A stretch of 64,000 bases of DNA from Bacteroidales bacterium (GTDB lineage: Bacteria > Bacteroidota > Bacteroidia > Bacteroidales > GCA-2748055), in the NCBI GenBank assembly GCA_029210585.1, contig JARGFP010000004.1, forward strand, positions 14,244 through 78,243, given 5' to 3'. The position numbers and the translations under genes are program-made. Position 1 is the stretch's first letter. The number at the start of each line of letters is the position of its first letter. Positions 38,605-48,000 of this stretch are shown here, one piece after another. The notes under the pieces were generated by a model, which saw only the letters and a program-made list of their open reading frames with translations, did no database searches and was not told the origin of the DNA.

Positions 38605-38669
38605 ATTTTAATCGTTAATTCATCACTAAAAGGTATTGTCGAATACATGCGTAGAGGTTGAGTCAAGCG

Positions 38670-38713
38670 CTGTTGCTATTGGAATACACGTCTGTTGTTA
38701 TTGGAATACACGA
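38670..38713. repeat. 22-bp tandem duplication spanning the GH16 stop codon
   Basis: ctgttgctattggaatacacgt (38670-38691) and ctgttgttattggaatacacga (38692-38713). The second copy carries the true gene end (...VFQ, TAA). The first copy carries TAG at the equivalent position. Confidence 0.85.
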
Positions 38714-39810
38714 ATATAATCGACCTTCATTTGCTGCGGAAAAACTGTGGTTCCATCAGGACTTCCGGGCCAGATGCCACCCACAGCCACATTAAAAATT
38801 AGAAAAAATTTCTTGTGAAACTCCGCCATGTGGGATGGAGTAATATCAATTTCATGAAATTGAGTATCGTTTACAAACCATTGAATAGCGTCCTGGTCCC
38901 AGATCATCGAGAAAACATGATATTCATCGGCAAAAACACCCTGATCCAATGTGTAGGATCCCCCGGTGTACACATGCCCGCTGTTGTCCCAATGCAATGT
39001 TCCGTGGACCTGATCATCCGTGTCGGCTCCGCCGATCATCTCCATGATGTCGATCTCTCCGCATGATGGCCAGCCAACCGAAGTAATGTTGTTACCGAGC
39101 ATCCAAAGGGCCGGCCAGATTCCTTGTCCACTGGGAAGTAGGGCACGTATGTCAATCCTGCCATACTGGAAGGACTGCTTTCCCTCTGTTTTCATTCTGG
39201 CTGAAGTGTAACTGCTGCCCTGGTAACTCTCCTTCCGGGCCTCAATTACCAAAACACCATCGTCAAGCCATGCATTTTCCTTTCGATAATATTCCAGTTC
39301 ATTGTTGCCCCATCCACAATTCGGACATCCGGTTCCTATTTCAAAGACCCAGTTAGCAGGGTCAATCTCACTTCCGTCAAACTCATCGTTCCAAACCAGT
39401 TCATATCCTTCATAAGTCAGGGGAGAAATATATCCATCCTCGATAGAAACATCGTTGCACATGCACGTGTTAATAACAACCTGCCTGACCTCCTTTATAT
39501 ACCTTCCGGAAGTACCATAAGCGCGAACCTCAACCTGGAAATAACCGGCATCTGAAAAGGTGTATTCAAACAGGCCTGATGTATTTACATCTTCGGGTTC
39601 TTCCGCAGCACCAATAAATAAACTGTACTCAACTGCATTTTCAGCCTGGGCCTCAATGATCACCAATACGGGATTCTCTTCAGATTGGGTAATTTCAACA
39701 ACAAGGTTGGAAGGATCATCCGTATTTACAGGCAGCGTTGAGTCACAACTTTGCATCATTACCATTGTCAGCAATGATGCAATCAATCCTATTTGAAAAA
39801 ATGGTCTCAT
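38698..39810 (-). CDS. GH16 endo-beta-1,3-glucanase (laminarinase-type) lipoprotein with N-terminal Ig/PKD-like module
   Basis: 370-aa ORF with lipoprotein signal LLTMVMMQSCDS. GH16 catalytic motif in PSCGEIDIMEMIGG (ExDxxE), plus WPALWMLG. Confidence 0.9.
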   Translation of the reverse strand: MRPFFQIGLIASLLTMVMMQSCDSTLPVNTDDPSNLVVEITQSEENPVLVIIEAQAENAVEYSLFIGAAEEPEDVNTSGLFEYTFSDAGYFQVEVRAYGTSGRYIKEVRQVVINTCMCNDVSIEDGYISPLTYEGYELVWNDEFDGSEIDPANWVFEIGTGCPNCGWGNNELEYYRKENAWLDDGVLVIEARKESYQGSSYTSARMKTEGKQSFQYGRIDIRALLPSGQGIWPALWMLGNNITSVGWPSCGEIDIMEMIGGADTDDQVHGTLHWDNSGHVYTGGSYTLDQGVFADEYHVFSMIWDQDAIQWFVNDTQFHEIDITPSHMAEFHKKFFLIFNVAVGGIWPGSPDGTTVFPQQMKVDYIRVFQ

Positions 39811-39813
39811 TAT

Positions 39814-39857
39814 AAAAAAAAATATGAGTCATGGCATTTGATTGCCATGGCTCATAT
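39814..39857 (-). terminator. Intrinsic terminator/attenuator between the PKD-lipoprotein gene and the GH16 gene
   Basis: The minus strand reads ATATGAGCCATGGCA-ATCAAA-TGCCATGACTCATAT. This is a 15-bp stem with one G-U pair and a 6-nt loop, followed by a T9 run (plus-strand A run at 39814-39822). It ends 4 nt before the GH16 ATG at 39810. Confidence 0.82.
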
Positions 39858-39867
39858 TAATTAAAGA

Positions 39868-41367
39868 TTATTCAAATTTGAAATTACGGATATAGAAGGT
39901 ACCCGGAGCATTGTGTCCGCCCCCTCCGATTGAAATCGCAAAGAAGTCAAGATCAGTACGCTCATAAGGAGTATAGGTTCCAGCTCCTGAAGTTGGAGTA
40001 TCCAGCGGGAAGGTCCATGTTTGCCACTGGTCTTCCACGACATTTGCAACATCAACATCATATTGAATATGACCTGTCCACCACTGTTCTGTCTGGCTGC
40101 CTTCTCCGATAATGATCGCAATGCCCTTCGTTAAATCACCAGAGAAATCATTTGAACTTGGTACATATACCTCAAGAGATACCGTTGTAAAATTGTCAAA
40201 CTGAATATCATTCTCCATCATAAACTGAAGTTCCTGGTAGGTACCCGTTCTCTCATACTTTCCAACTTTTGCTGCACCAGCGTCAGTAGGATCATCAACG
40301 CCCATGGTGAATGTCATACTATTGGCAGCAGGTCCTGTTCCGGGGTATACTCCTGCAGTATCAAGCAGCACGAAGTCAGTATTTGATGCAAAAGTATTGT
40401 ACATCTCTGTCGGCGTCAGATCCGGAAGATCTTCACCAAACGCTGCTTTATTTGTAACCACATCTGGCTCAAGTGAAGGATCTGAATAGCTGGCATATTT
40501 AATCGTCCAAAATCCGGCTTCTCCCCAGTCAAATGTAACAGTCATCAGATCATATCCGGTCTCTTCAGTGATTTCTACATTGAACGTAACTGTAGAAACA
40601 GGAACAACGGATTCTCCATCAGTCCCGAGTTTGGGAATCCCGATCCATGCACCGTCACCATTCAGTGTAACAGTACCTGCTGAAGGAACATAGGTAAATG
40701 AATGGGTTCCGGAAAGCCATGCGCTTACATCAGCACCGTCCTTATTGATCATGTTTGCAGCAGTGGCGTCGAAACAAACTTCGTAATTTTCTGTGTCATT
40801 AAACACACCGTATTCTCCCCAGAAACTACCATTGTCATTGAATTCATAGGTACCATCTAAATAGAAGGTGAATTCCTGGTAATACAAACAGGGACGGGAA
40901 CCATCATTGGTTAATCCTTCCCACCAACCTCCGGGATTAGTGGCATCAGGTCCCAAAGACATAGAAACACCTTCTCTGTATAACTTCCAGGTTTTGGAAA
41001 CCTCACCGGTTAATAGTTTAAGGGCCTCATTGGGATCAACAACCTCAATTGATTCCTGGAAGGTGGCGCTTACATCATCAGCATTTGTAGCTGTAAGGAC
41101 AACTGTGTAGTTGCCGGTTGCAGTGTAAGCATGTGTAGGATTCTCTTCAGCGGAAGTCTCGCCATCGCCAAAATCCCAGCTGTAAGAATCAGCATTTTGT
41201 GAATAATTGGTGAAAATCACTTCCAGAAAGTCAGCATCGCTAATCTCATATTGAAAACTAGCTACTGGATCCAGAACAGGAACTTCTTCTTTACAAGAGC
41301 TTAAAAGAATGAGAGGTACTGCTATAAAAAGAGCAATGATCCTCTTGAAAAATTTGTTTGTTTTCAT
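39868..41367 (-). CDS. PKD-domain surface lipoprotein (probable surface glycan-binding protein)
   Basis: 499-aa ORF with lipoprotein signal VPLILLSSCKEE. PKD repeat FTNYSQNADSYSWDFGDGETSAEENPTHAYTATGNYTVVLTATN. The rest is beta-rich with no catalytic motif. PKD proteins of this kind accompany SusC/D and GH16 in published marine laminarin PULs. Confidence 0.8.
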   Translation of the reverse strand: MKTNKFFKRIIALFIAVPLILLSSCKEEVPVLDPVASFQYEISDADFLEVIFTNYSQNADSYSWDFGDGETSAEENPTHAYTATGNYTVVLTATNADDVSATFQESIEVVDPNEALKLLTGEVSKTWKLYREGVSMSLGPDATNPGGWWEGLTNDGSRPCLYYQEFTFYLDGTYEFNDNGSFWGEYGVFNDTENYEVCFDATAANMINKDGADVSAWLSGTHSFTYVPSAGTVTLNGDGAWIGIPKLGTDGESVVPVSTVTFNVEITEETGYDLMTVTFDWGEAGFWTIKYASYSDPSLEPDVVTNKAAFGEDLPDLTPTEMYNTFASNTDFVLLDTAGVYPGTGPAANSMTFTMGVDDPTDAGAAKVGKYERTGTYQELQFMMENDIQFDNFTTVSLEVYVPSSNDFSGDLTKGIAIIIGEGSQTEQWWTGHIQYDVDVANVVEDQWQTWTFPLDTPTSGAGTYTPYERTDLDFFAISIGGGGHNAPGTFYIRNFKFE

Positions 41368-42039
41368 AATAGTTTTCTGTTAATAAGTAATTATTTCAAA
41401 TTAATTATGTCAAAATAAACCATAACTTCATATAAAAACGAATTTTCTGACACATCAAGGACTCAACTAAAGTGAATATGCATTACACTATTAATACATC
41501 ATGAATAATTCTTACTCCCTGTTTTACTGTCATTTAAAACATATTTATTACTTAAATTGCAGTTTCACATGAAAATTATATCTATTTCTGCAACATGAAT
41601 AACTTCATAAAATGAATACGTAAAAATAACGCTGATGAAACATTGGAATATAAAATAGTAACTATTCAAAATCTTCAAGACCGCAGAAAAATTCTGCTTC
41701 TGAAAACAAAAGCTACAAACGATTCGAATGAAATAAGCTAATTGTACTATCCCGCCTGATAAACCATCTTGTAAAAAAATTGAAAATCGATACTTAATCA
41801 CCACACCGTCAAGTAAACGATACTTTGCTTAGGTCAAACGTCTCCCTGATGTGTTGCATTTACACCTCTATAGACCTCATTTCATGATTTTTAGTCTATT
41901 GTTTGATGTAATATTGTTGTAATAAGGATTATTTAATGTTGAGTTAGAGTTGAGGATAAAAATGCAGTAATATAGATAAGTATCACATAAATTGCTCCCA
42001 AAACTAACCCAATTAAACACACGACCCAATCACCATTTC

Positions 42040-43614
42040 ATGAAAAACTCAAAACTTTATGCAGTTCTTATATCCCTGATCGTTGCGCTGGGGGGATTTC
42101 TGCTTGGATTTGACAGTGCAGTGATATCAGGTGCAACACCTTTTTATAAGAATACTTTCGGACTGGATACCGGGTCATGGATCATCGGTTTTTCAGTAGG
42201 ATCGATCATCCTTGGGGCAATCCTGGGTAATATTATTGCCGGGCCACTGGCCGACAAGTTTGGCCGAAACAAAATGCTGATACTTACATCGATCCTTTTC
42301 GCCTACTGTGCCCTGGGAACTGCATTAACACACAGCATTGTGTTTTTTATTTCGGCACGGATCGTCGGGGGACTGGGGGTTGGAATAGCCATCCTGGTAG
42401 CTCCCATGTATATTGCCGAAATAGCACCTAAAAAACTGCGTGGAACCCTGGTTACATTCAACCAGCTGAATATCGTAGTCGGTATATCCGTGGCCTACTT
42501 CTCAAATTACCTGATCCAGCAGCAAATCACAGATCCCGATCTCAACTGGCGCTGGATGCTTGGCGTTGGGGTTATACCTGCTGTTTTATATTTCCTTCTT
42601 CTGTTTTTCGTACCCAGGAGTCCGCGCTGGCTGATGCAGAGAGGATTGGATCAGGAGGCACTGAAGGTCCTGACCAGGGTAAACGGAGAAGAAAATGCCA
42701 AAACTGTCTTCGATGAAATTCGCATAAGTCTTGAAAATGACAGCAAAACAGAAGCGGCAAGATTCAAGGATGTTTTTTCACGCCGGATGAAACTGGTAAT
42801 GATCATCGGCCTGGGGATTGCATTCTTTCAGCAGATCACAGGCATAAACGCGATCTTCTATTACGCCCCGATGATCTTTGAAATGGCAGGCGGAGGTAAA
42901 GACGCAGCGTTCCTGCAGGCGATCATCCTGGGGCTGACCAACGTTGTAATGACGGTTGTGGCGATGTTCCTGATTGACAGGCTGGGTCGAAAACCGTTGC
43001 TGATTATTGGAGCAATCGGTATTACAGTTTCTCTCACCATTGTTGGCACATCTTTTATATCTTCCACCTATACCCTCACCGAAACCTCTTTTGCTCAGCT
43101 TGAAGAAGAGCTGGTTGAATCAAAAGGGCTGACAGAAACAGCTTCACTGCTCGCATCACTGGAGTCAATCAAAGGGGTACAATATTCTAAAGAGACACTC
43201 TTCTTCCATGATGTGAAGATGCTGGTTGGAAATGATAACTATAACCTGCACAAAGAGCAGATCCTTAAAAACAGCATAACAATCCGCTCCGCCTGGGTCC
43301 TGATTGGCCTGTTGATGTTTGTCGCATCATTCGCTATCTCCCTGGGACCGGTAATGTGGACACTGTTGTCCGAAATATTCCCCAATAAACTCAGGGGGCG
43401 AGCCATCTCTATCGTGGGATTCTGGAACTCAATTGTCAGCTTCACCGTTGCTACCGTGTTTCCCATGGAACTGGAGCACCTCGGATCAAGCTTCACCTAT
43501 TACATATTTGCCTTCTTCGGGTTCCTGACACTGCTCTTTGTTATAAAATTCATTCCGGAAACGAAAGGAAAATCTCTTGAAGAACTTGAAAAAACCCTTG
43601 TGGGTAATATTTAA
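42040..43614 (+). CDS. MFS sugar-porter family transporter with a ~77-aa insertion between TM9 and TM10
   Basis: Sugar-porter signatures are GFLLGFDSAVISGA, GRNKMLILTS, PMYIAEIAPKKLRGTL, PRSPRWLMQRG and PETKGKSLEELE. I placed the start at the first ATG (MKNSKLY). The tracked ORF begins 16 codons earlier at a TTG. Confidence 0.88.
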   Translation: MKNSKLYAVLISLIVALGGFLLGFDSAVISGATPFYKNTFGLDTGSWIIGFSVGSIILGAILGNIIAGPLADKFGRNKMLILTSILFAYCALGTALTHSIVFFISARIVGGLGVGIAILVAPMYIAEIAPKKLRGTLVTFNQLNIVVGISVAYFSNYLIQQQITDPDLNWRWMLGVGVIPAVLYFLLLFFVPRSPRWLMQRGLDQEALKVLTRVNGEENAKTVFDEIRISLENDSKTEAARFKDVFSRRMKLVMIIGLGIAFFQQITGINAIFYYAPMIFEMAGGGKDAAFLQAIILGLTNVVMTVVAMFLIDRLGRKPLLIIGAIGITVSLTIVGTSFISSTYTLTETSFAQLEEELVESKGLTETASLLASLESIKGVQYSKETLFFHDVKMLVGNDNYNLHKEQILKNSITIRSAWVLIGLLMFVASFAISLGPVMWTLLSEIFPNKLRGRAISIVGFWNSIVSFTVATVFPMELEHLGSSFTYYIFAFFGFLTLLFVIKFIPETKGKSLEELEKTLVGNI

Positions 43615-43624
43615 TGCTGTTGAT

Positions 43625-44920
43625 ATGAAAAAATTTGTTCTGTCTGCATTGTTCGTGATACTTTTCCTGGGAACAGCCTGCAATAATGTAAATGAGAAAT
43701 CCCCGAAGGAAGAAAAACCTTCCAGTGTTGAGCTGAGGAATGCTGACGGTAGCTACAGACTTTTCGTGAATGACGAACCGTTTTTTGTGGAAGGTGCCGG
43801 TTTGAACAATGGTGACATTGCATTGCTTGCCGAACATGGGGCCAATTCCATCAGGGCGTGGAGTGGTTCAGAGGAGGTGCTGGACGAGGCCCGCGAGAAT
43901 GGACTCATGGTGATGATGGGATTGTCTGTTGCCAAAGAACGGCATGGATTTGACTACAACGATGAGAAAGCTGTAAAGGAGCAATTCGAAAAAATCAAGC
44001 TACGGGTGCTTTCCATGAAAGATCACCCGGCTTTACTGGGTTGGGGTATAGGCAACGAACTGAACCTGAGCTATACCAATTTAAAGGTGTGGGATGCGGT
44101 AGAAGAGATCGCTGCATTCATCCATGAGGTGGACGGAAAACATCCGGTAACTACTATGCTTGCCGGTATCGGGAAGAGAGAGGTTGATTATATCAGGGAG
44201 CACTGCCCAAACATTGATTTCATTTCCATACAACTTTACGGGGCGATCGAAAGACTGCCTGAATTGATCCGGAAAGCAGGTTATACGGGCCCATATCTGA
44301 TCACTGAGTGGGGAACTACCGGACACTGGGAAGTTCCTGTCACGGCATGGAATGCGCCTATCGAGAACACCTCCACTGAAAAAGCACGGGATTTTAAACA
44401 TCGGTATGAAAGTATCATCCTTGCTGACAGTACAGCCTGCATGGGATCCTATGTCTTTCTTTGGGGCCAGAAACAGGAACGTACGCCTACCTGGTACGGT
44501 TTGTTTACTGAAGATGGAAGGGTAACCGAGACGGTAGATGTCATGCACTATCTCTGGAAAGAAACATGGCCGGAAAATCGCGCTCCAAAAATCATGGATG
44601 CTACACTCGATAATAAAACCCGGTATGATAATATTACGCTCATGCCGGGAGAAACATACGATGTTTCCTATGATTTCATAGATCCGGATGGAGATTCGGT
44701 GGAAGTAAGAATGGAGCTCCTCAAGGAAAGTACCGACCTGAAAGAGGGAGGCGATCGTGAAGCACGTCCGGAATCCCTTGATATGACAGTTTCCGGCCTT
44801 ACCGATAGCGGTGCTTCTATTGTGAGTCCAGATGAACCGGGCCCCTATAGGCTGTTTATATATGGTACCGACGGTCACAACCACGCTGCAACAGTCAATA
44901 TTCCTTTCCTGATACAATAA
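43625..44920 (+). CDS. Clan GH-A (beta/alpha)8 glycoside hydrolase lipoprotein with C-terminal Ig-like domain; family unassigned (GH2-TIM/GH158-like)
   Basis: Start is at MKKFVLSALFVILFLGTACNN (lipoprotein signal). GH-A pattern: HPALLGWGIGNELN (acid/base NE) and PYLITEWGTTG (candidate nucleophile). The C-terminal ~110 aa are beta-rich (DVSYDFIDPDGDSVEVRMELL...PYRLFIYGTDGHNHAATV). Confidence 0.72.
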   Translation: MKKFVLSALFVILFLGTACNNVNEKSPKEEKPSSVELRNADGSYRLFVNDEPFFVEGAGLNNGDIALLAEHGANSIRAWSGSEEVLDEARENGLMVMMGLSVAKERHGFDYNDEKAVKEQFEKIKLRVLSMKDHPALLGWGIGNELNLSYTNLKVWDAVEEIAAFIHEVDGKHPVTTMLAGIGKREVDYIREHCPNIDFISIQLYGAIERLPELIRKAGYTGPYLITEWGTTGHWEVPVTAWNAPIENTSTEKARDFKHRYESIILADSTACMGSYVFLWGQKQERTPTWYGLFTEDGRVTETVDVMHYLWKETWPENRAPKIMDATLDNKTRYDNITLMPGETYDVSYDFIDPDGDSVEVRMELLKESTDLKEGGDREARPESLDMTVSGLTDSGASIVSPDEPGPYRLFIYGTDGHNHAATVNIPFLIQ

Positions 44921-45042
44921 CAGGAGATATTTTCAGAAATGGAATACACAGATATGGATACCAGCGACACCCCACCTGAGATTGATGTTACCAAAAATGA
45001 AACGATCAAGTATACAAAACACTTTTTATAAAATAGACATTT

Positions 45043-48000
45043 ATGGCAAAGAGGACGATAAAATCAGGAGATAACCAACTCCTTTCAGAGCATTTACAAG
45101 TAGATGGGAGCTTTGTGGAAATTGAAAGCGAAAAGTTCTACAAGATCAGCAATTATCACCAAATGGCTGATTTTTTTATGAGCATCGTCAGCGATTCCGA
45201 TCATTTTATGTTCATCTCCAGCAACGGATCCCTTACGGCCGGAAGAAAGAATAAAAACAATGCCCTGTTCCCTTATTATACAGATGATAAAATCCATGAT
45301 TACAGAGACAGGACCGGCAGTAAAACATATTTCCTTGTCACGCGTGACAACGACACGTTCCTGTGGGAACCCTTTACCAGGGAATCAGCACACACCTATC
45401 CGCTTGAACGGAATATCTACAAAAGTGTATATGGAAATAAACTGATCTTCGAGGAAATCAATACCCGTCTTGGACTGGGTTTTCGCTATGGATGGTACAA
45501 CAGCGACAAATACGGATTCATTAAAAAATCATGGGTCCGGAACCTTGAAGACCAGCCGGTGTGTGTCGAGGTACTGGACGGATTCAAAAATATTCTGCCC
45601 TCCGGAGCAGATTATGCTTTTCAGAATGAATACAGCAACCTCCTCGATGCCTATAAAAAAAATGAGCTGGTTCCCGCAACCACACTTGCCGTTTATTCGC
45701 TGAGTTCCATACCGGTTGACAGGCCTGAACCCAGCGAAGCGCTGAAAGCCACAACGGTCTGGTCCGCAGGCTCCACCGAAGGGGCAACAATACTCCTGTC
45801 GGATCGCCAGGTACAACAGTTCATTACCGGCGAAGGGGTTCACCCTGAAACAGATATACGCGCCTCCCGTGGTGCCTATTTTATCCACAATACGATCAAA
45901 CTTCCATCAAAAGGAGAGGAAACCTGGTTTTTCGCTGCCGAAGTGAACCAGGACAGCAAAGATGTTGCCAACCTGCTGCTTGCATTAAAAAACAATGCGA
46001 ATATCGGTGATGATGTAAACAAAGACATCCGGCAAGGAACTGAGAAACTGAAACAGATCATTGGAACGACGGATGGTTTCCAGGTGAGCAACGAAGAACT
46101 GAGTGCAGCACGTCATATGTCAAATGCACTGTATAATGTAATGCGGGGCGGTGTATTCCTGAATGGATACCAGGTAGACACGAATGACTTTATCAAATAT
46201 TTGTACCAGACCAGCACCGCGTTATCCAAGAAATACAATGCATGGTTATCCAACTTACCAAGATCCATCCAATACAGCGAGCTTGTGGAGCTTGTCCGGC
46301 AAAAGGATGACAATGACCTGCTCAGGATTGCCAGAGAATATTTTCCCCTGACGTTCAGCAGGAGACATGGTGATCCGAGCCGGCCATGGAACAATTTCTC
46401 CATCGAAAACAAGCATCCTGACGGATCACTCAAGCTTCACTATGAAGGCAACTGGAGAGATATCTTTCAAAACTGGGAAGCACTGAGTCTTTCCTTCCCG
46501 GAATACCTTGAAGGGATGATCGGTAAATTTGTAAATGCCTCCACTGCTGATGGTTACAATCCATATCGCATTACCAGGGAAGGCATTGACTGGGAAGTGC
46601 AGGACCCCGACGACCCGTGGGCATTTATCGGCTACTGGGGAGACCATCAGATCATCTACCTGCAGAAATTCCTCGAACACACAGAGGCGTTTTTTCCCGG
46701 CAGGATCAATGAATTTCTTACAAGTGATGCGTTTGTATATGCGCATGTGCCTTATGAAATCAAGACATACGAGGAGATCGTCAGCGATCCCAAAGACACC
46801 ATCGGATTTAACCATGCACTGCATGAAAAACTAAACAAACGTGCAAAGGAGCAGGGCGCCGACGGCAAGCTGCTCAGGAACCGGGAGGGCGCAATTGTAC
46901 ATGCCAATTTTTCAGAAAAGATCCTTGTGACCCTCCTCGCCAAATTAAGCAATTTTATCCCTGAAGCCGGCATCTGGCTGAATACGCAACGGCCTGAATG
47001 GAACGATGCCAACAACGCCCTCGTTGGCAACGGCACTTCCATGGTCACCCTGTACTACATCAGAAGATTTCTTGCTTTCTGGGGAAATCTCCTGGATACA
47101 TCAGTCCAGGATGAACTTTCTGTCGCAGAAGAGATTGCAACTCATTTCCAGGAAACCTTTGAAGCTTTCAAGGCATACGAAAATAAACTCGGGGGAACAT
47201 TTACAGATGAGGAAAGGTTCAGGCTCACAACATTGCTTGGGATGTCGGGGAGTACCTACAGGCAGACCATCTACGCAGGCAGTTTCAGTGGCAGGAAAAC
47301 ATCATTGCCTGTTTCAGAGCTGACTGAATTTATCTCCCTGGCCCTTCGTTTTGTCGACCATTCAATCCACAGGAACAAAAGGAATGACAACCTCTACCAC
47401 GCATACAACCTGGTTTCATTTAAAGATGAAAAGATTGCCATCAGGCATCTTTATGAAATGCTTGAAGGTCAGGTGGCCGTCCTGAGCGCGGGAATACTGA
47501 CTCCCAAAGAAAGCCTTACACTGATGGATGCCCTGAAGGCGAGCAGCCTGTTCAGGGAAGATCAATACAGCTACATTCTCTACCCTGACAGGGAACTCGC
47601 ACGATTTACGGAAAAAAATAATATTCCTGCAGGGAAATTCGCGGAGTCTGCTTTGCTGCAAAAATGTATTCAGCGAAACCAAACAGACATTATCGTTGAG
47701 GACGACCAGGGGAACCTGCATTTCAATGCCGCGTTCAGAAATGGCGCCATGCTTTCAGAAGCCCTGGAACACCTTGACAAATCAAAATACGGGGATCTTT
47801 TTGCCCGGGAAAAACAGCTTGTCCTGGATATTTATGAAGAGATGTTCGATCACCAGTCCTTTACCGGTAGATCGGGCACTTTCTACGGCTATGAAGGACT
47901 TGGAAGCATTTACTGGCACATGGTGTCCAAATTACTGCTTGCCGTGCAGGAATGCTTCTTTGACGCGGTCAGGAAGCAGGCTTCAACATCCGTTACCAGC

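Noticed and set aside
41565-41804. 79-aa ORF in the AT-rich divergent region.
   Set aside because: The Phe/Ile/Ser-rich composition is what an AT-rich non-coding stretch yields. There are no motifs and no supporting context.
41992-42039. N-terminal extensions in the ORF track: TTG start at 41992 for the sugar porter, 43577 for GH-A1, 52754 for GH-A2 and 58431 for the DUF5916-like protein.
   Set aside because: Downstream ATGs give canonical signal peptides or transporter N-termini. They also remove overlaps with the preceding genes.
44081-44917. 278-aa minus-strand ORF opposite the GH-A1 gene, and 279-aa ORF 50069-50908 opposite GH17.
   Set aside because: These are shadow ORFs opposite genes with clear catalytic motifs. 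They have no signal peptide, domain motifs or plausible start context.
44939-45031. 30-codon ORF MEYTDMDTSDTPPEIDVTKNETIKYTKHFL between GH-A1 and the phosphorylase-like gene, preceded by AGGAG.
   Set aside because: It is too short to support from sequence alone, and Bacteroidota generally do not rely on Shine-Dalgarno pairing. It would need Ribo-seq or conservation evidence.
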